A DNA stretch of 64,000 nt from Octopus sinensis (lineage: Eukaryota), in NCBI RefSeq assembly GCF_006345805.1, contig NC_042999.1, positions 163,866,001-163,930,000 of the forward strand, written 5' to 3'. Below, piece after piece: positions 13,870 to 25,961 of the stretch (position 1 is its first letter; every line of letters begins with the position of its first letter). The translations under genes were made by a program, and so were the position numbers. The notes under the pieces are model-generated. The model saw nothing but the letters and a program-made list of their open reading frames with translations, was not told where the DNA came from and searched no databases.

Positions 13870-14285
13870 TTGTTGGTTTATAATATTGGCACAAAGCCAA
13901 TAAGACCGTGGAAGGGAGTAGGTCGATTACATCTAGCCAAGTACTCAACTGGTATTTAGTCGTATTTCGTCTGCCGTTACGTTCTCAGTTCAAATTCCGC
14001 CGAGGTCGACTTTGCCTTTCATCCCTTCGGGGTCGATAAATTAAGTACTAGTTGCACACTGGGGTCGATGTAATCGACTTAATCCCTTTGTCTGTCCATG
14101 TTTGTTCCTTCTGTGTTTAGCCCCTTGTGGGTAGTAAAGAAATAGGTATTTATTTTAATGACGCGGGAAGGATGGAAGGTAAAGTTGACCTGCCTGGAAT
14201 TTGAAACCAGAGCGTTAAAACGGACAAAATGCCGCTAAACATTTTGCCCGACGTATTAAAGTTTCTGCCACCTTTCCGCCTGAAA
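13870..14285. mobile_element. Nested SINE1: a younger 5'-truncated + copy (about 13955-14140) inside an older - copy
   Basis: The old antisense copy is interrupted at ACTGGTATT and resumes at TATTTTAATGAC; the insert ends AAAGAAATAGGTATT. Confidence 0.75.
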
Positions 14286-14779
14286 TTACAGTAAAATTAT
14301 TACTAACAATGCATAAGTAGTCGTTCGAATGACAAAATGCGATTCATAAACGTACAGTTCCAATGTGACTTTCATGTATTGACTAGAATACATGTGTCAG
14401 TGTTCGAATGGTATTCCAGGTGTACCGTGCAATCTCGTTTCCATATCAGATCCAACATGTGGGCCTATACCATTATGCCCTGCATCTTTCCCCTTTTTAA
14501 ACGCTAGGGTTTGTTAAAGAAAAGTGATATAATTTAACGATGGCCAATACAGTGATGGAGTGAACGAAAGAGAGAGAGAGAGAGAGAGAGAAGGGGGAGA
14601 GAGAAAGAGAGAGGGGGAGGGAGAGAGAAAGATAGCCAGAGAGCGAAAGAGAGAGAGTGAGTGTGTGTGTGAGAAAGAGAGAGACAATATAATATGATGA
14701 ATTTAAACTTAATCATTTGAAACTATTTTGTTTTACAAAACAAAATCCTAAGCTTCCAGTTTAGAATGTATGTATCAAA

Positions 14780-15172
14780 GCGGCGAGCTGGCAGAGACGT
14801 TAGCACGCCGGGCGAAGTGCGTAGTCGTATTTCGTCTACCGTTACGTTCTGAGTTCAAATTCCGCCGAGGTCGACTTTGCTTTTCATCCTTTTGTGGGTC
14901 GATAAATTAAGTACCAGTTACGCACTGGGGTCGATATAATCGACTTAATCCGTTTGTCTGTCCTTGTTTGTCCTCTCTGTGTTTAACCCCTTGTGGATAG
15001 TAAAGAAATAGGTATTTCGTCTGTCTTTATGTTCTAAGTTCAAATTCCACTGAGGTCGACTTATCCTTTCGAGGTCGATAAATTAAGTACCAGTTGCGTA
15101 CTGAGGTCGATCTAATCGACTGCTCCTCCCCCCAAAAATTTCGGGCCTTGCTTGCCTAGAGTAGAAAAGAAA
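14780..15172 (+). mobile_element. Dimeric SINE1 (tRNA head + body + second body)
   Basis: Full head GCGGCGAGCTGGCAGAGACGTTAGCACGCCGGGCGAA; the body is repeated after AAAGAAATAGGTATT|TCGTCTG; possible TSD AGAA(T/C)GTATGT. Confidence 0.8.
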
Positions 15173-15611
15173 AGAACGTATGTGTTAACTTATATCATAT
15201 ACATTCAATGAATATTAGTCGTAATATCGTAATACTATGTCTGCAATATCTATGACTTCAATGAATATAGCAATATGATTGCAGACCAGTTGACCGGTAA
15301 TCAACTCACCTCCTCCCCCAAACTTGCTGGCCTTGTGCCAAAATTTGAAGCCAATATGATTGCAGTTATATTATATCTCACAGCCTGTCTACAATAAATA
15401 TAACAGCGTGTTAATCCTCTCAGTTTGTCTAGAATGAATAAAGTTATATATTAGCTCTTACAAATAGTACAAATAAGCAGATAGAATAACATGTTATACC
15501 ATGCTGTATGGCTGGAAGGAATTTAGTGATGTATTAGCTTTTATACAATGGATACAATAAATAAGTGAATATAGCAACGTGTTACTCCTTACAATATGTT
15601 AATAAATTTGA

Positions 15612-15830
15612 AGGCGGCGAGCTGACAAAATCGGTGGTACGTCGGGCAAAATGCTTGGCAGCATTTCGTCCGTCTTTATGTTCTGAGTTCAAATTCCGCC
15701 GACCTCGATTTTGCCTTTCATCCTTTCGAGATCGATAAAATAAACATCAGTTAAGCATTGGTGTCAATGTAATCGGCTCAACTCCTCCTCTGAAATTGCT
15801 GGCCTTGTGCGAAAATTTGAAACCAATATG
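15612..15830 (+). mobile_element. SINE1 copy
   Basis: GGCGGCGAGCTGAC...GAGTTCAAATTCCGCCG...GGCCTTGTGCGAAAATTTGAAACC. Confidence 0.75.
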
Positions 15831-15855
15831 ATAACAATAAATATACTATATAGCG

Positions 15856-16020
15856 GCAGGCGTGGCTGTGTGGTAAGAAGCTTGTTTCCAAACACATGGT
15901 TCCGGTTCGGGTTCAATCCCACTGTGTGGGCACCCTGAGCAAGTGTTTTCTACTATAGCCCCGGCTGACCAAAGCGTTGTAAATAGATTTGGTAAATGGA
16001 AACTAAAAGAGGCCTGTAGT
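15856..16020 (+). mobile_element. SINE2 tRNA-like head and 5' body
   Basis: GCAGGCGTGGCTGTGTGGTAAGAAGC...GGGTTCAATCCCACTG...CTGAGCAAGTGTTTTCTACTATAGCC...GGAAACTAAAAGAGGCC, followed by microsatellite. Confidence 0.75.
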
Positions 16021-16033
16021 ATGTATACATACA

Positions 16034-16118
<85 letters not shown>

Positions 16119-16208
16119 TTATACGACAGCCCTCTCAGTTTCCATCCGAAATGGTTTAGCTTGGCGAAACTTCGAAGTAACTGTCAACAACATTCTTGTA
16201 TGAGAATA

Positions 16209-16239
<31 letters not shown>

Positions 16240-16267
16240 TGTATGTATGTATGTATGTATGTATGTA

Positions 16268-16298
<31 letters not shown>

Positions 16299-16560
16299 AT
16301 GTATGTATGCATGTTTGCATGTTTGTATGTATGTATGTTTGCATGTATGTATGTATGTTTGCATGTATGTATGTATGTATGTATGCATGCATGTATGTAT
16401 GTATGTATGTATGTATGTATGTATGTATGTATGTATGTATGCATGTATGTATGTATGTATGTATGCATGCATGCATGTATGTATGTATGTATGTTTGTAT
16501 GTATGTTTGTATGTATGTATGTGTGCGCATGTATGTATGTATACATACACACACACACAT
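16021..16560. repeat. (CATA)n/(CA)n/(TA)n and a long (TATG)n microsatellite
   Basis: Read directly; explains the overlapping MYVC/IHTY ORFs. Confidence 0.95.
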
Positions 16561-16822
16561 AATATTATGAGAGTTTGTTTAAACTCTCATACAAATAACA
16601 TGCACTAAAAGCTCCTTAAGATACGAAACTACAATATTTTCACCAATTTCCCAGTCATGACTAGCAAAACGCGAAACCGGTAGACTATCATATTTTATAA
16701 AATATATTAGAAATATATAAATTGTGTGCATTTTCCTTCATTTGTTATTTATTTATTTCCCTAGAACTCACCACGCGGGGAAAATCTCTTGAACGAAATT
16801 CTTTAATATATGTGCGTGCGTG

Positions 16823-16862
<40 letters not shown>

Positions 16863-16866
<4 letters not shown>

Positions 16867-18576
16867 TAATACTAAGCAATAAGGTTTAGCAACGAGTTGC
16901 CTTACCACATACCGAATTTAGAAATAGCAGTCAAAGGGTTATAGCTATTCTTCTACTAAAAAGGGAGATCTCAGTAAAAACAGCATTGGAAGGCAGACAC
17001 AAACAGGTAAGAGAGAATGAATTGACTGCAATATATCATACATTTTTTTAGTATCCACGGACGTACGTTCGAAATCAAGTTTTAAGGAAAGCATAAGAAT
17101 TAAATATAATATTAAATAATTCTATCTTACCGAAACTTCTTTTCTCTTCAGCGTAGAATCTATAATCATAAATGATTATATATTGAATTTTGAGATACCA
17201 GAAGGCACCAACTCAACTCAGTATCAGAGCGAGCTACAATCCGCAACTGGTATCACCGAATTCAATTTGTGAATGAAACGATTGTGTCAACAGCCCCTTC
17301 CCACCCGCGTGGTAGCCAAAACAAGATGCTGTGGTCATCTACTGAGATAAACATATGGTTATCCGTAATAATGAAGGGTGAAATTAATTAATTTGGAAAA
17401 ATTATCAATTACACCAAGTAGTCTTCGGCATGTAAAAGCCTCATTCGAGGAAAATTTAAGTAATACTAAGCAATAAGGGTAGCAACGAGTTGCCTTACCA
17501 CATACCGAATTAGAAATAGCAGTCAAAGGGTTATAGCTATTTCTTCTACTAAAAAGGGAGATCTCAGTAAAAACAGCATTTGGAAGGCACACAAAACAGG
17601 TAAGAGAGAATGAATTGACTGCAATCTATCTACATTTTTTAGTTATCCACGGACGTACGTTCGAAATCAAGTTTTAAGGAAAGCATAAGAATTAAATATT
17701 AAATATTAAATCTCTATCTTACCGAAACTTTTTCTCTTCAGCGTAGAATACTATAATCATAAATGATTATATATTGAATTTTGAGATACCAGAAGGCACC
17801 AACTCAACTCAGTATCAGAGCGAGCTACAATCCGCAACTGGTATCAGAATTCAATTTGTGAATGAAACGATTGTGTCAACAGCCCCTTCCCACCGCGTGT
17901 AGCCAAAACAAGATGCTGTGGTCATCTACTGAGATAAAATATGGTTATCCGTAATAATGAAGGGTGAAATTAATTAATTTGAAAAAATTATCAATTACAC
18001 CAAGTAATTACACCAGCTACACGCGGGTGGGAAGGGGCTGTTGACACAATCGTTTCATTCACAAATTGAATTCGGTGATACCAGTTGCGGATTGTAGCTC
18101 GCTCTGATACTGAGTTGAGTTGGTGCCTTCTGGTATCTCAAAATTCAATATATAATCATTTATGATTATAGTATTCTACGCTGAAGAGAAAAGAAGTTTC
18201 GGTAAGATAGAATTATTTAATATTTAATATTTAATTCTATATTGCTTTCCTTAAACTTGATTTCGAAACGTACGTCCGTGGATAACTAAAAAAATGTATG
18301 ATAGATTGCAGTCAATTCATTCTCTCTTACCTGTTTGTGTCTGCCTTCCAAATGCTGTTTTTACTGAGATCTCCCTTTTTAGTAGAAGAAATAGCTATAA
18401 CCCTTTGACTGCTATTTCTAAATTCGGTATGTGGTAAGGCAATTCGTTGCTAAACCCTTATTGCTTAGTATTACTTAAATTTTCCTCGAATGAGGCTTTT
18501 ACATGCCGAAGACTACTTGGTGTAATTGATAATTTTTCCAAATTAATTAATTTCACCCTTCATTATTACGGATAAC
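16863..18576. repeat. 594-bp unit: two tandem copies plus one inverted copy, between (TA)n tracts
   Basis: TAAGTAATACTAAGCAATAAGG at 16863 and 17457; 18016-18576 is the reverse complement of 17358-17903. Confidence 0.92.
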
Positions 18577-18611
<35 letters not shown>

Positions 18612-18659
18612 ATATATATATGTGCGCGTGTGTGTGTGTGTGATTTTGTTTGATGCAAA

Positions 18660-18915
18660 CACTCTAACCAATGTCGCTTGACAACCGGTGTTGGTTTGTT
18701 TACGCCTCCCCGCAATTATGTAACTGTTCAGCATAGAATAAGTACCAGGCTTTTAAAACAAGGGACTGGGGTTGATTATTTCGACGATAAAAAAAAACAC
18801 GAAAAAGCAACAAAAAACCAGGAATATATAAATAAAGAAGGAAAGAAAATACTTTAAGGCGATGCTCCAGCATAACCACAGATAATTACTGAAACAAGCA
18901 AAGAAAAAGATAAAA
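18660..18915 (+). mobile_element. SINE2 3' body (degenerate)
   Basis: GCTTGACAACCGGTGTTGGTTTGTTTACG...ATAGAATAAGTACCAGGC...AGGCGATGCTCCAGCAT...ACTGAAACAAG. Confidence 0.6.
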
Positions 18916-19486
18916 GATATGTTTAGACAAGGCATGTGAGTAGATTCAGCAGAATTAATGAAATTGTATTTTGTAAGTGGATGATAGCTACCGTTATAGT
19001 AGTGGTAGGAAAAACAGAGAAATCTAATTATCAGTACATTGAGAAATTGAGAATAGTACCCTCTCCTTTCTTTCTTTCTTTATTATTGAGATCTCGGAAA
19101 AGTTTAGATTGGAATCAAAGCATAATGGATTGACCTCAATGAAAGCTCCTTTTGACGTGTTAAACTCAGTGTATGTGGAATAAATAAATAGCTGTACATC
19201 TCTTATTTAATGAGGTTGAAGTAGCACTTGTCTTAACGCATACTTTACCCTTTATTTTTCTAAATCTCATTTTCACCTTCAAAACGACTACTGATTTACA
19301 ACAGCCATAACCTCCACCCAAATCTACAGCTCGTTCCCCAACCCGAGCTACGTTAGTCAGCAGAACTAAAATCCTGCCATTACCGCGCCTCAACCTTCGT
19401 TTACTGTTCTAAAGTCGTCCGCCTACCGCTGACAAATCCGTCTGTTACGTTACGTGTTTTAATAGAGAGAAGAGCATAAAACACTA

Positions 19487-19517
<31 letters not shown>

Positions 19518-19740
19518 TTTCTCACTATATATATATACACACACATACACACACACACAACCATGCACAAACTGGCATTCACACACGCACACGCACGCAC
19601 ACACACACGCACACACACACACACACGCACACGCAGAAGCCATCACAGAAGTTGAAACTAACCCAGGAATGCAACAAATTTCAATAAAAATAAATCTTAC
19701 TGCGAACATCTTAACTGAAACCATTATTCTGCATCAACCC

Positions 19741-19750
19741 CACCACCACC

Positions 19751-19815
<65 letters not shown>

Positions 19816-19827
19816 CACCACCACCAC
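19741..19827. repeat. Symmetric compound trinucleotide (CAC)7(TAC)15(CAC)7
   Basis: Counted directly. Confidence 0.95.
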
Positions 19828-20949
19828 CGCTACCCACCTCTTCATCTATATTGTGTGAAGCAATGGTATGATTAGATGCACCAATGTAACAGGTGTTAAA
19901 AATCAATCTTATTAGCTTTCTTTACGTTGTTGCCTTCGTGTTCCTCTATTATCGATAATATAGATTTTTTTTCAGCAGAGTTCAACTTTTATTTCTGTCT
20001 AATGAAAAGAAAAGTCAAATGAAATATTTAGTCGAAATAAAATAAATTAACGATCCTTAAATTCAATTTATTGACTAAATCATGAGGCAACGTAATATAA
20101 GGAAACAAATAAAAGAAAAAAATATATAAAAACAGCTTTATTTTTACATAATTTTTAACGATTTTTGAACAAAACTGTGACGTAAATTTTGTACTTGGTA
20201 TCTGAAATATTATCAACCCCAAGTTAATAGGCGAGATCACTCAACATTTATACAATTGTTAGGTGTTTAAAATTACCTTACACATTTTCTCAACTAAACT
20301 TTCAGAACAAAAGCCTGATCATTAATTTTGTGAGTGGTGTGGAAAGCTAATTCGCAGAACATTTGGTCGAATATCGTACATAGATCTTCATCAATCACGT
20401 GTGAACAATCTGACATTTAATTACAGATTTCTTCACTGTTATAGTTGCATGCATCTATGTATAAGTTAAACTACCGTGAAGATGTTTTAATATCAACAAT
20501 ATTGATTTCTAACATTTGCAGAATGCCACAGATTTTGGAGTAGCGAACTTTCGATTGAGTCGAGTCTATTACCAATAGGATGATAGGCTAAGATATTGTG
20601 AAGATATATTTGAATTTAAAGAAAAGTAAGACGTTCCGCAAGGTATTTTTCTTGAGCAGTTATTAAGGCTAACACTATTAAACATTATAGCCATCTGAAC
20701 ACCAAAGTCAAAATATCGGCCAACCGATGCCCTGAGCACAGACCAATAACACTGTGAAACAAAATTTTTATTTGTTTGTTTGTCTTTGGTCAGCAAGTGT
20801 TATTTCCTTTTGTGCTTCAAATCAAAGGAAATCACTGCTATCCTCTTCAAACTTTGTTTTTGTGACCTGAACATCAATGTTTTTTAAAACTGACCTATTT
20901 CCCATTACATTTCACTCAGATTCAGCTCTGAGTTGCTGAAGCAGAAATA

Positions 20950-21125
20950 TCGTTATAGCAAATATTCTGCTCAATACCAAAGATTTGTTTGTCAGTTGCT
21001 TGACCTTAAACCACTTGAATATGTCACTTAGTGGCTGACAGTATGTACATCTCTGGTCATGAGCAGGAGTAACGGGGGAGCATCATAGCCGTGTGTTGAG
21101 AGGGATTCTTTGGGGGTTTGAATAA
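20950..21125 (+). mobile_element. Fragment of non-coding repeat family N
   Basis: GCAAATATTCTGCTCAATACC...GGGGGAGCATCATAGCC...GAGAGGGATTCTTTGGG matches the reverse complement of 25700-25860. Confidence 0.8.
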
Positions 21126-21889
21126 ATGCAACAAAAGCAAAGTTTAAAGGAGGTATTAGCCATTTTTCATACTTTCTAAAATTAAGCAAATGGGGAATAA
21201 CAGTTGCTACTCAAGGACAAAATTCATGTTACACAGAGTTTAACACGAATTTGTTTAATGGTTAATTTGGCCCCAATCAAAAGCAGGTGATCTAGATCAA
21301 TAGTTCAACAGAGTGGGTTACTTCTGCGCTCAAATTAATACACTGGTGTCAATACAATCAGCTAAGGAGAATTCAGTTCAATTTGCAAATTAAGAGAACG
21401 ATTGTCATGTGTTGTAGCTGCTTATACAAATGATCTACACCCAATTAAATTTTAGCACCGTCTATCGTCAGCTGACTGAACTGAGTAAACGGTAGTTTCG
21501 GCCATGCACATATCACAGCACTGTAGATTAGAAACATTCATACCTTGCAAGTCTACCAACAGGGTAATAGCGGAATTATTTTAATCAATCAAATTATTGC
21601 TTTCAAAGTTATTGCTATAATCCAAACCGTTCTGAAAGAAGACCCCAAATCAAGCTTTCGTTAAAGCTTAGAATGGCACAATTTAAAGACATCGGAGAAA
21701 ATAACTTACATTTGTTAATTACGTCCCTTTGCATTATAAGTTTAAATCCTACCGACACCGATTTTGTCTTTCATTATCGACGGGTACCAGTGAATTACTT
21801 GAGTTAATTTACTTTACTGTACTCTCCCTACAAAATATTTTATTAAAATGGAGAATGGTTAAATTTTGAATCTGTAAAACACTTTCATG

Positions 21890-22500
21890 GGAGAGTGGAA
21901 GATTGTTCCTCTGTTGAGGAACAGTCGATGCGATTGATGTCTATTTTGAAGTTTAGCAGATAAATAGATATTTCTAGTTGGGAGGCATAATGTCAACGTA
22001 TTAGAGTGACTTAAAGTTCTGGGTAGGAAAATATGTGAAGAATCTTATATTAGAATAAAGGTAACCATTCCAAGTGAGTTGAGCGGAAATGATACACAGC
22101 TGGACAAGTCGCAGATATAGAGGCTGTTGTGGTATTAGTAAAGATGTAGAGGGCGAGAAAGGACACAACTATTAGTATGATAAGGATTGTTGAAAATTAG
22201 TTGCTAAAAACGTTCTATTCAATAAAAATAGCATTTTTGATTGTAGTTAAGCTATTTGTGGAAGGGCTACACCATTCCAGATACACGAAAAGTACTGCAG
22301 GGTGGAGTGTATTTTTGAGTTGTGAATGGTCAGAACTGATCGAAGCAGAAGTCATTTCGAGCAAGAAAAGTGTAATGTTTAGAAAGTATTTCAGTAATGC
22401 TATAGATGTGCTGTCATCATGTGTGATCATCGGAGACAGCGAGGCTTGATATATTTGTAATTGGTGAAGGTCTTAGTTGTGTATTATGGTGTAGTGCCGA
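21890..22500 (-). mobile_element. Old CR1/L2-group LINE, C-terminal RT fragment
   Basis: Broken minus-strand frames SLAVSDDHT**QHIYSI, KIHSTLQYFSCIWNG, LATNFQQSLSY, FLPRT and FKIDINR occur in the order expected for the CR1/L2 RT C-terminus. Confidence 0.55.
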
Positions 22501-23435
22501 GGATATGTCTTCATGTCATATAGGCACCGTGACTGTGGCTTGTTGCTAACAGATTGTCATGTTTATACACAGTCGAAGGTTGAATAATGTGACGCTCATA
22601 CTTTGCCTGGGTTGTGTATTTATGTGTGTGTGGGAGTGGGAGGGTAAGCGAGCATCCTTTCCAAACCGTGCATCCCCAGAATTAAAAAGTGCTGGAATTC
22701 TGTCCCCCTCTTTCGCTTCTCCTAAAGACAATGACCTGCTTAAGTTCAAACTGCACACCGGCTGCATCAGTCACAATAGACTGTAACTGAAGGAACTACA
22801 AAAGGTCATGTGCACGGTTTCTCCTCATCTTTCTACTGCATCATATTGTATAAATGCTGATGAGTGATATGGCTTATGGCATGTGGAGAATAATGTATGT
22901 GAAAGAGAGAGAGAATGGGAAGGGGGAGAGGGAGAGTGGGAAGGAGATAGAGGGAGGGGGAAAGAGAGAGATGTATTTGAGTGTTTGTGTGTTGTCAATA
23001 CAACACCAATATATCTAAAGAAAGAAATAGATATCAAATGTTAGCGAGCTAACTAGTAAAATCCAACCAGAGATAACTATCAACTGATTAAAAAAGAATT
23101 AAGTTACGAAGGATCCAGAATATGATTGCTCTTTGCTTTTAGTGTTCATAAACTATATCTTATCTTTAAATTTTATATATTTTGGGCTACAGAATCTTAT
23201 ATATTACATTTACGAAACAAATTCTTTCGGAAAGTATCTCTCATTGGTTATCCTACAAATGACAACTGAGAATTGTTAACAGGATGGGGCCAGTGTAATT
23301 GTAAAAAAATTGGGTTTCTGGCCAGAATAGCAATTGTATATGCTGGAGAAAGAAGTAAGGAATCTACTTATTGTGGATGAAGAAATTTTGTAATGGCGAC
23401 TCCCATACATACGCATATGTACATGAATACGCACA

Positions 23436-23950
23436 TCTATTATATAAAATCCGTTCTGTCTGTCTGTGTGCGTGTCTTCTAGGATCTCGAGCATCCTCCA
23501 TCCGATTGCGCTCAAATTTGATATGTAGATACCGACCGTATCAGGGCGAACTGGCAGAAGCGTTAGCATGCCGGGCGAAATACTTTGCAGTATTTCGTCT
23601 GCCGTTACGTTGTGAGTTCAAATTCCGCCGAGGTCGACTTTGCTTTTCATCCTTTCGGGGTCGATAAATTAAGCACCAGTTACGCACTGGGGTCGAGGTA
23701 ATCGACTTAATACCTATGTCTGTCCTTATTTGCCTCCTCTATGTTTAGCCCATTGTGGGTAATAAAGAAATAGGTATCAGGGCATGTATAAGTCTTGAAA
23801 AAATTACAAAAATCGATTCCAGGTGAGAATGCGATCGATAAAGCCGTTTTTGTCCTGCTTTTCTTCCGTCAGCCTGTACATAACTGCACCTTCCATTTTT
23901 TTGTTTGTTTTTGTACTGCTTAAAGGCACGTTTCTTTCCTGCCAAGCTTA
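23436..23950 (+). mobile_element. Possible non-autonomous Helitron-like element (5' part), interrupted by a SINE1
   Basis: Starts A|TCTATTATATAAAA followed by (CTGT)n-like repeats and CCGATTGCGCTCAAATTTG, as in Helitron-derived elements; no 3' hairpin/CTRR end confirmed. Confidence 0.4.
23545..23778 (+). mobile_element. SINE1 monomer with 10-bp target-site duplication
   Basis: GTATCAGGGC at 23538-23547 and 23774-23783 flanks the copy (partly overlapping its own termini). Confidence 0.8.
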
Positions 23951-24599
23951 CTGTTTAATCCATGTTTGTGTTCTCCCAGGCAACAACCTTATCATTACTG
24001 GTACTTTAAACTCTTTGATTGCATATTTGTGTGAATAAAATGGTTTTTCTTTGGAATAGAAAAAAAGTCTATCTTTATTTCTTCTTTTGCTAGTGTCTCA
24101 AATTTAGGTTAAATCAGTGTTTCTCAAAGGGGAAGCCTATGGGACGGTCGGACAAGTTGTTTTGAGAAAATTTGGTTTAAATGTTTGACAACTCAGCACT
24201 GTCCATTGGACAGGGGGTGGTTTGCTCGTATGTTCATATAATGTGTTTAGAGTGAAACTTTAATACATTTGGCAAATAGGTAAAAAAATAAAATAAAAAT
24301 GAAACGTGTCTAGCAAAACTGCTCTCCATTTCGTTATGCAAAAAATCTCTGTGGCGTAATCACAGGGTTAATTGACTCAACAAAGTCAAACGCATGTTTA
24401 AAAAACCTAGGTATCTGCGATCCTTTATTTGTTTCAGTTGTTGACTGAGGCATCATCCTGAAAGGTTTAAACAAATCGACCCTAGTACTTTTTTAAAAAA
24501 CTTGGTTCTTTTTACACTGCTCTCTTTTTTGCTGGAGACATAAATAAACCAATACCAGTTGGTAAGCGGTGGGAAGGTGACAACACACACACACACACA

Positions 24600-24690
<91 letters not shown>

Positions 24691-24894
24691 ACATTATATG
24701 ACAGTTTTCTACGCAGCTATCGTCTATCAATTTTATATATTCACTGACTTAATAGAGAATATTTATCCGGTTGATAAGAAACTGCTGATTATTGTAGGTT
24801 TGTCCATCAATTTTGTACAACACATGATTTCTACAAACCCACGGCAATTTAATGTATTTAAATTACATTCTTAAAGTCTTCGCTATGAAGTTAC

Positions 24895-24996
24895 AAATAT
24901 ATAAAATATGAATTAGACATAAAACCACTATTAGGCAACTCAAACAGTGATAGACATAAACCAATACATAACTAACAAATAATATAAATATAATTA

Positions 24997-25037
<41 letters not shown>

Positions 25038-25321
25038 TATATAATTTAAAAAAAAAAAGAATGATAAATATAATATAATAAGTAATACTTATTATATTAT
25101 TATTATAATACTTATTACTTATTATACTTATTACTTATATTATATTATCATTCTTTTTATACTTTTTGAAAAACTTTAATATATTATATATTATATATAT
25201 ATATATATTATATTATATTAATTATATTTATATCATTTGTTATTTATGTATTGGTTTATGTCTATCACTGTTTGAGTAGCATAATAGTGGTTTTATCTCT
25301 TAATTCATATTTCATATATTT
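24895..25321. repeat. 427-bp imperfect AT-rich palindrome
   Basis: Outer arms about 24895-25015 and 25200-25321; inner arms about 25054-25085 and 25131-25158; both centred near 25108. Confidence 0.85.
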
Positions 25322-25404
25322 ATACTGTGAAATTTGATTTAATACTAAATCGAATTTTTCCCTGTAAGTTTGGAGCTATACTCCCAAATATTATTATTAT
25401 TATT

Positions 25405-25878
25405 GAGTGAGAGAGCAGTTCATGCCATCAAAGTGACACTGGGGTAAAATATACGAAGCCCAGTATACCCATCATGACTACCCGTCTGATAAGGGTACAC
25501 CAGGCACATGCATCACAACCATATGTGCACGACATGGTGATCTCATATCAAGATAAACAGCACATGACCTTGCAGGTGGGGCCCAGTTAGAATTTTCTTC
25601 ATGTTGAGTAGCCCATCCCGCTCAAAAGGTCCCTGAATAAGGGTTGTTTAAGGATGTTGAAAGAACCACCCATGTTTCCAGAGGTGAATTATTCAAACCC
25701 CAAAGAATCCCTCTCAACACATGGCTATGATGCTCCCCCACTACTTCTGCTCGTGGTCAGAGATGCACATATCGTCAGCCACTAAGGGACATGCTCAACT
25801 GGTTAAGGTCAAACAACTGACAAGCAAATCTGTGGTATTGAGCAGAATATTTGCTGTAGCCCATCTTTTATACCAAGA

Positions 25879-25879
<1 letters not shown>
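25405..25879 (-). mobile_element. Non-coding (TAA)n-tailed repeat, family N, inserted in a TAA tract
   Basis: Flanked by (TTA)n at 25389-25404 and 25880-25953; the 3' end CTCTCTCACTC(AAT)n is shared with the copy at 43045-43330. Confidence 0.85.

Positions 25880-25961
<82 letters not shown>

Noticed and set aside
16863-18006. CRISPR-like or coding interpretation of the tandem unit
   Set aside because: No short repeat-spacer periodicity and no convincing ORF; eukaryotic context.
20522-20578. NATDFGVANF after a good splice acceptor, resembling a kinase DFG motif
   Set aside because: All three frames stop within about 20 codons, and no other kinase motif or good donor is nearby.
24110-24175. 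CAGTGTTTCTCAAA, resembling a hAT/MITE terminal inverted repeat
   Set aside because: Only a 9-bp partner (TTTGAGAAA), with no matching full TIR or 8-bp TSD.
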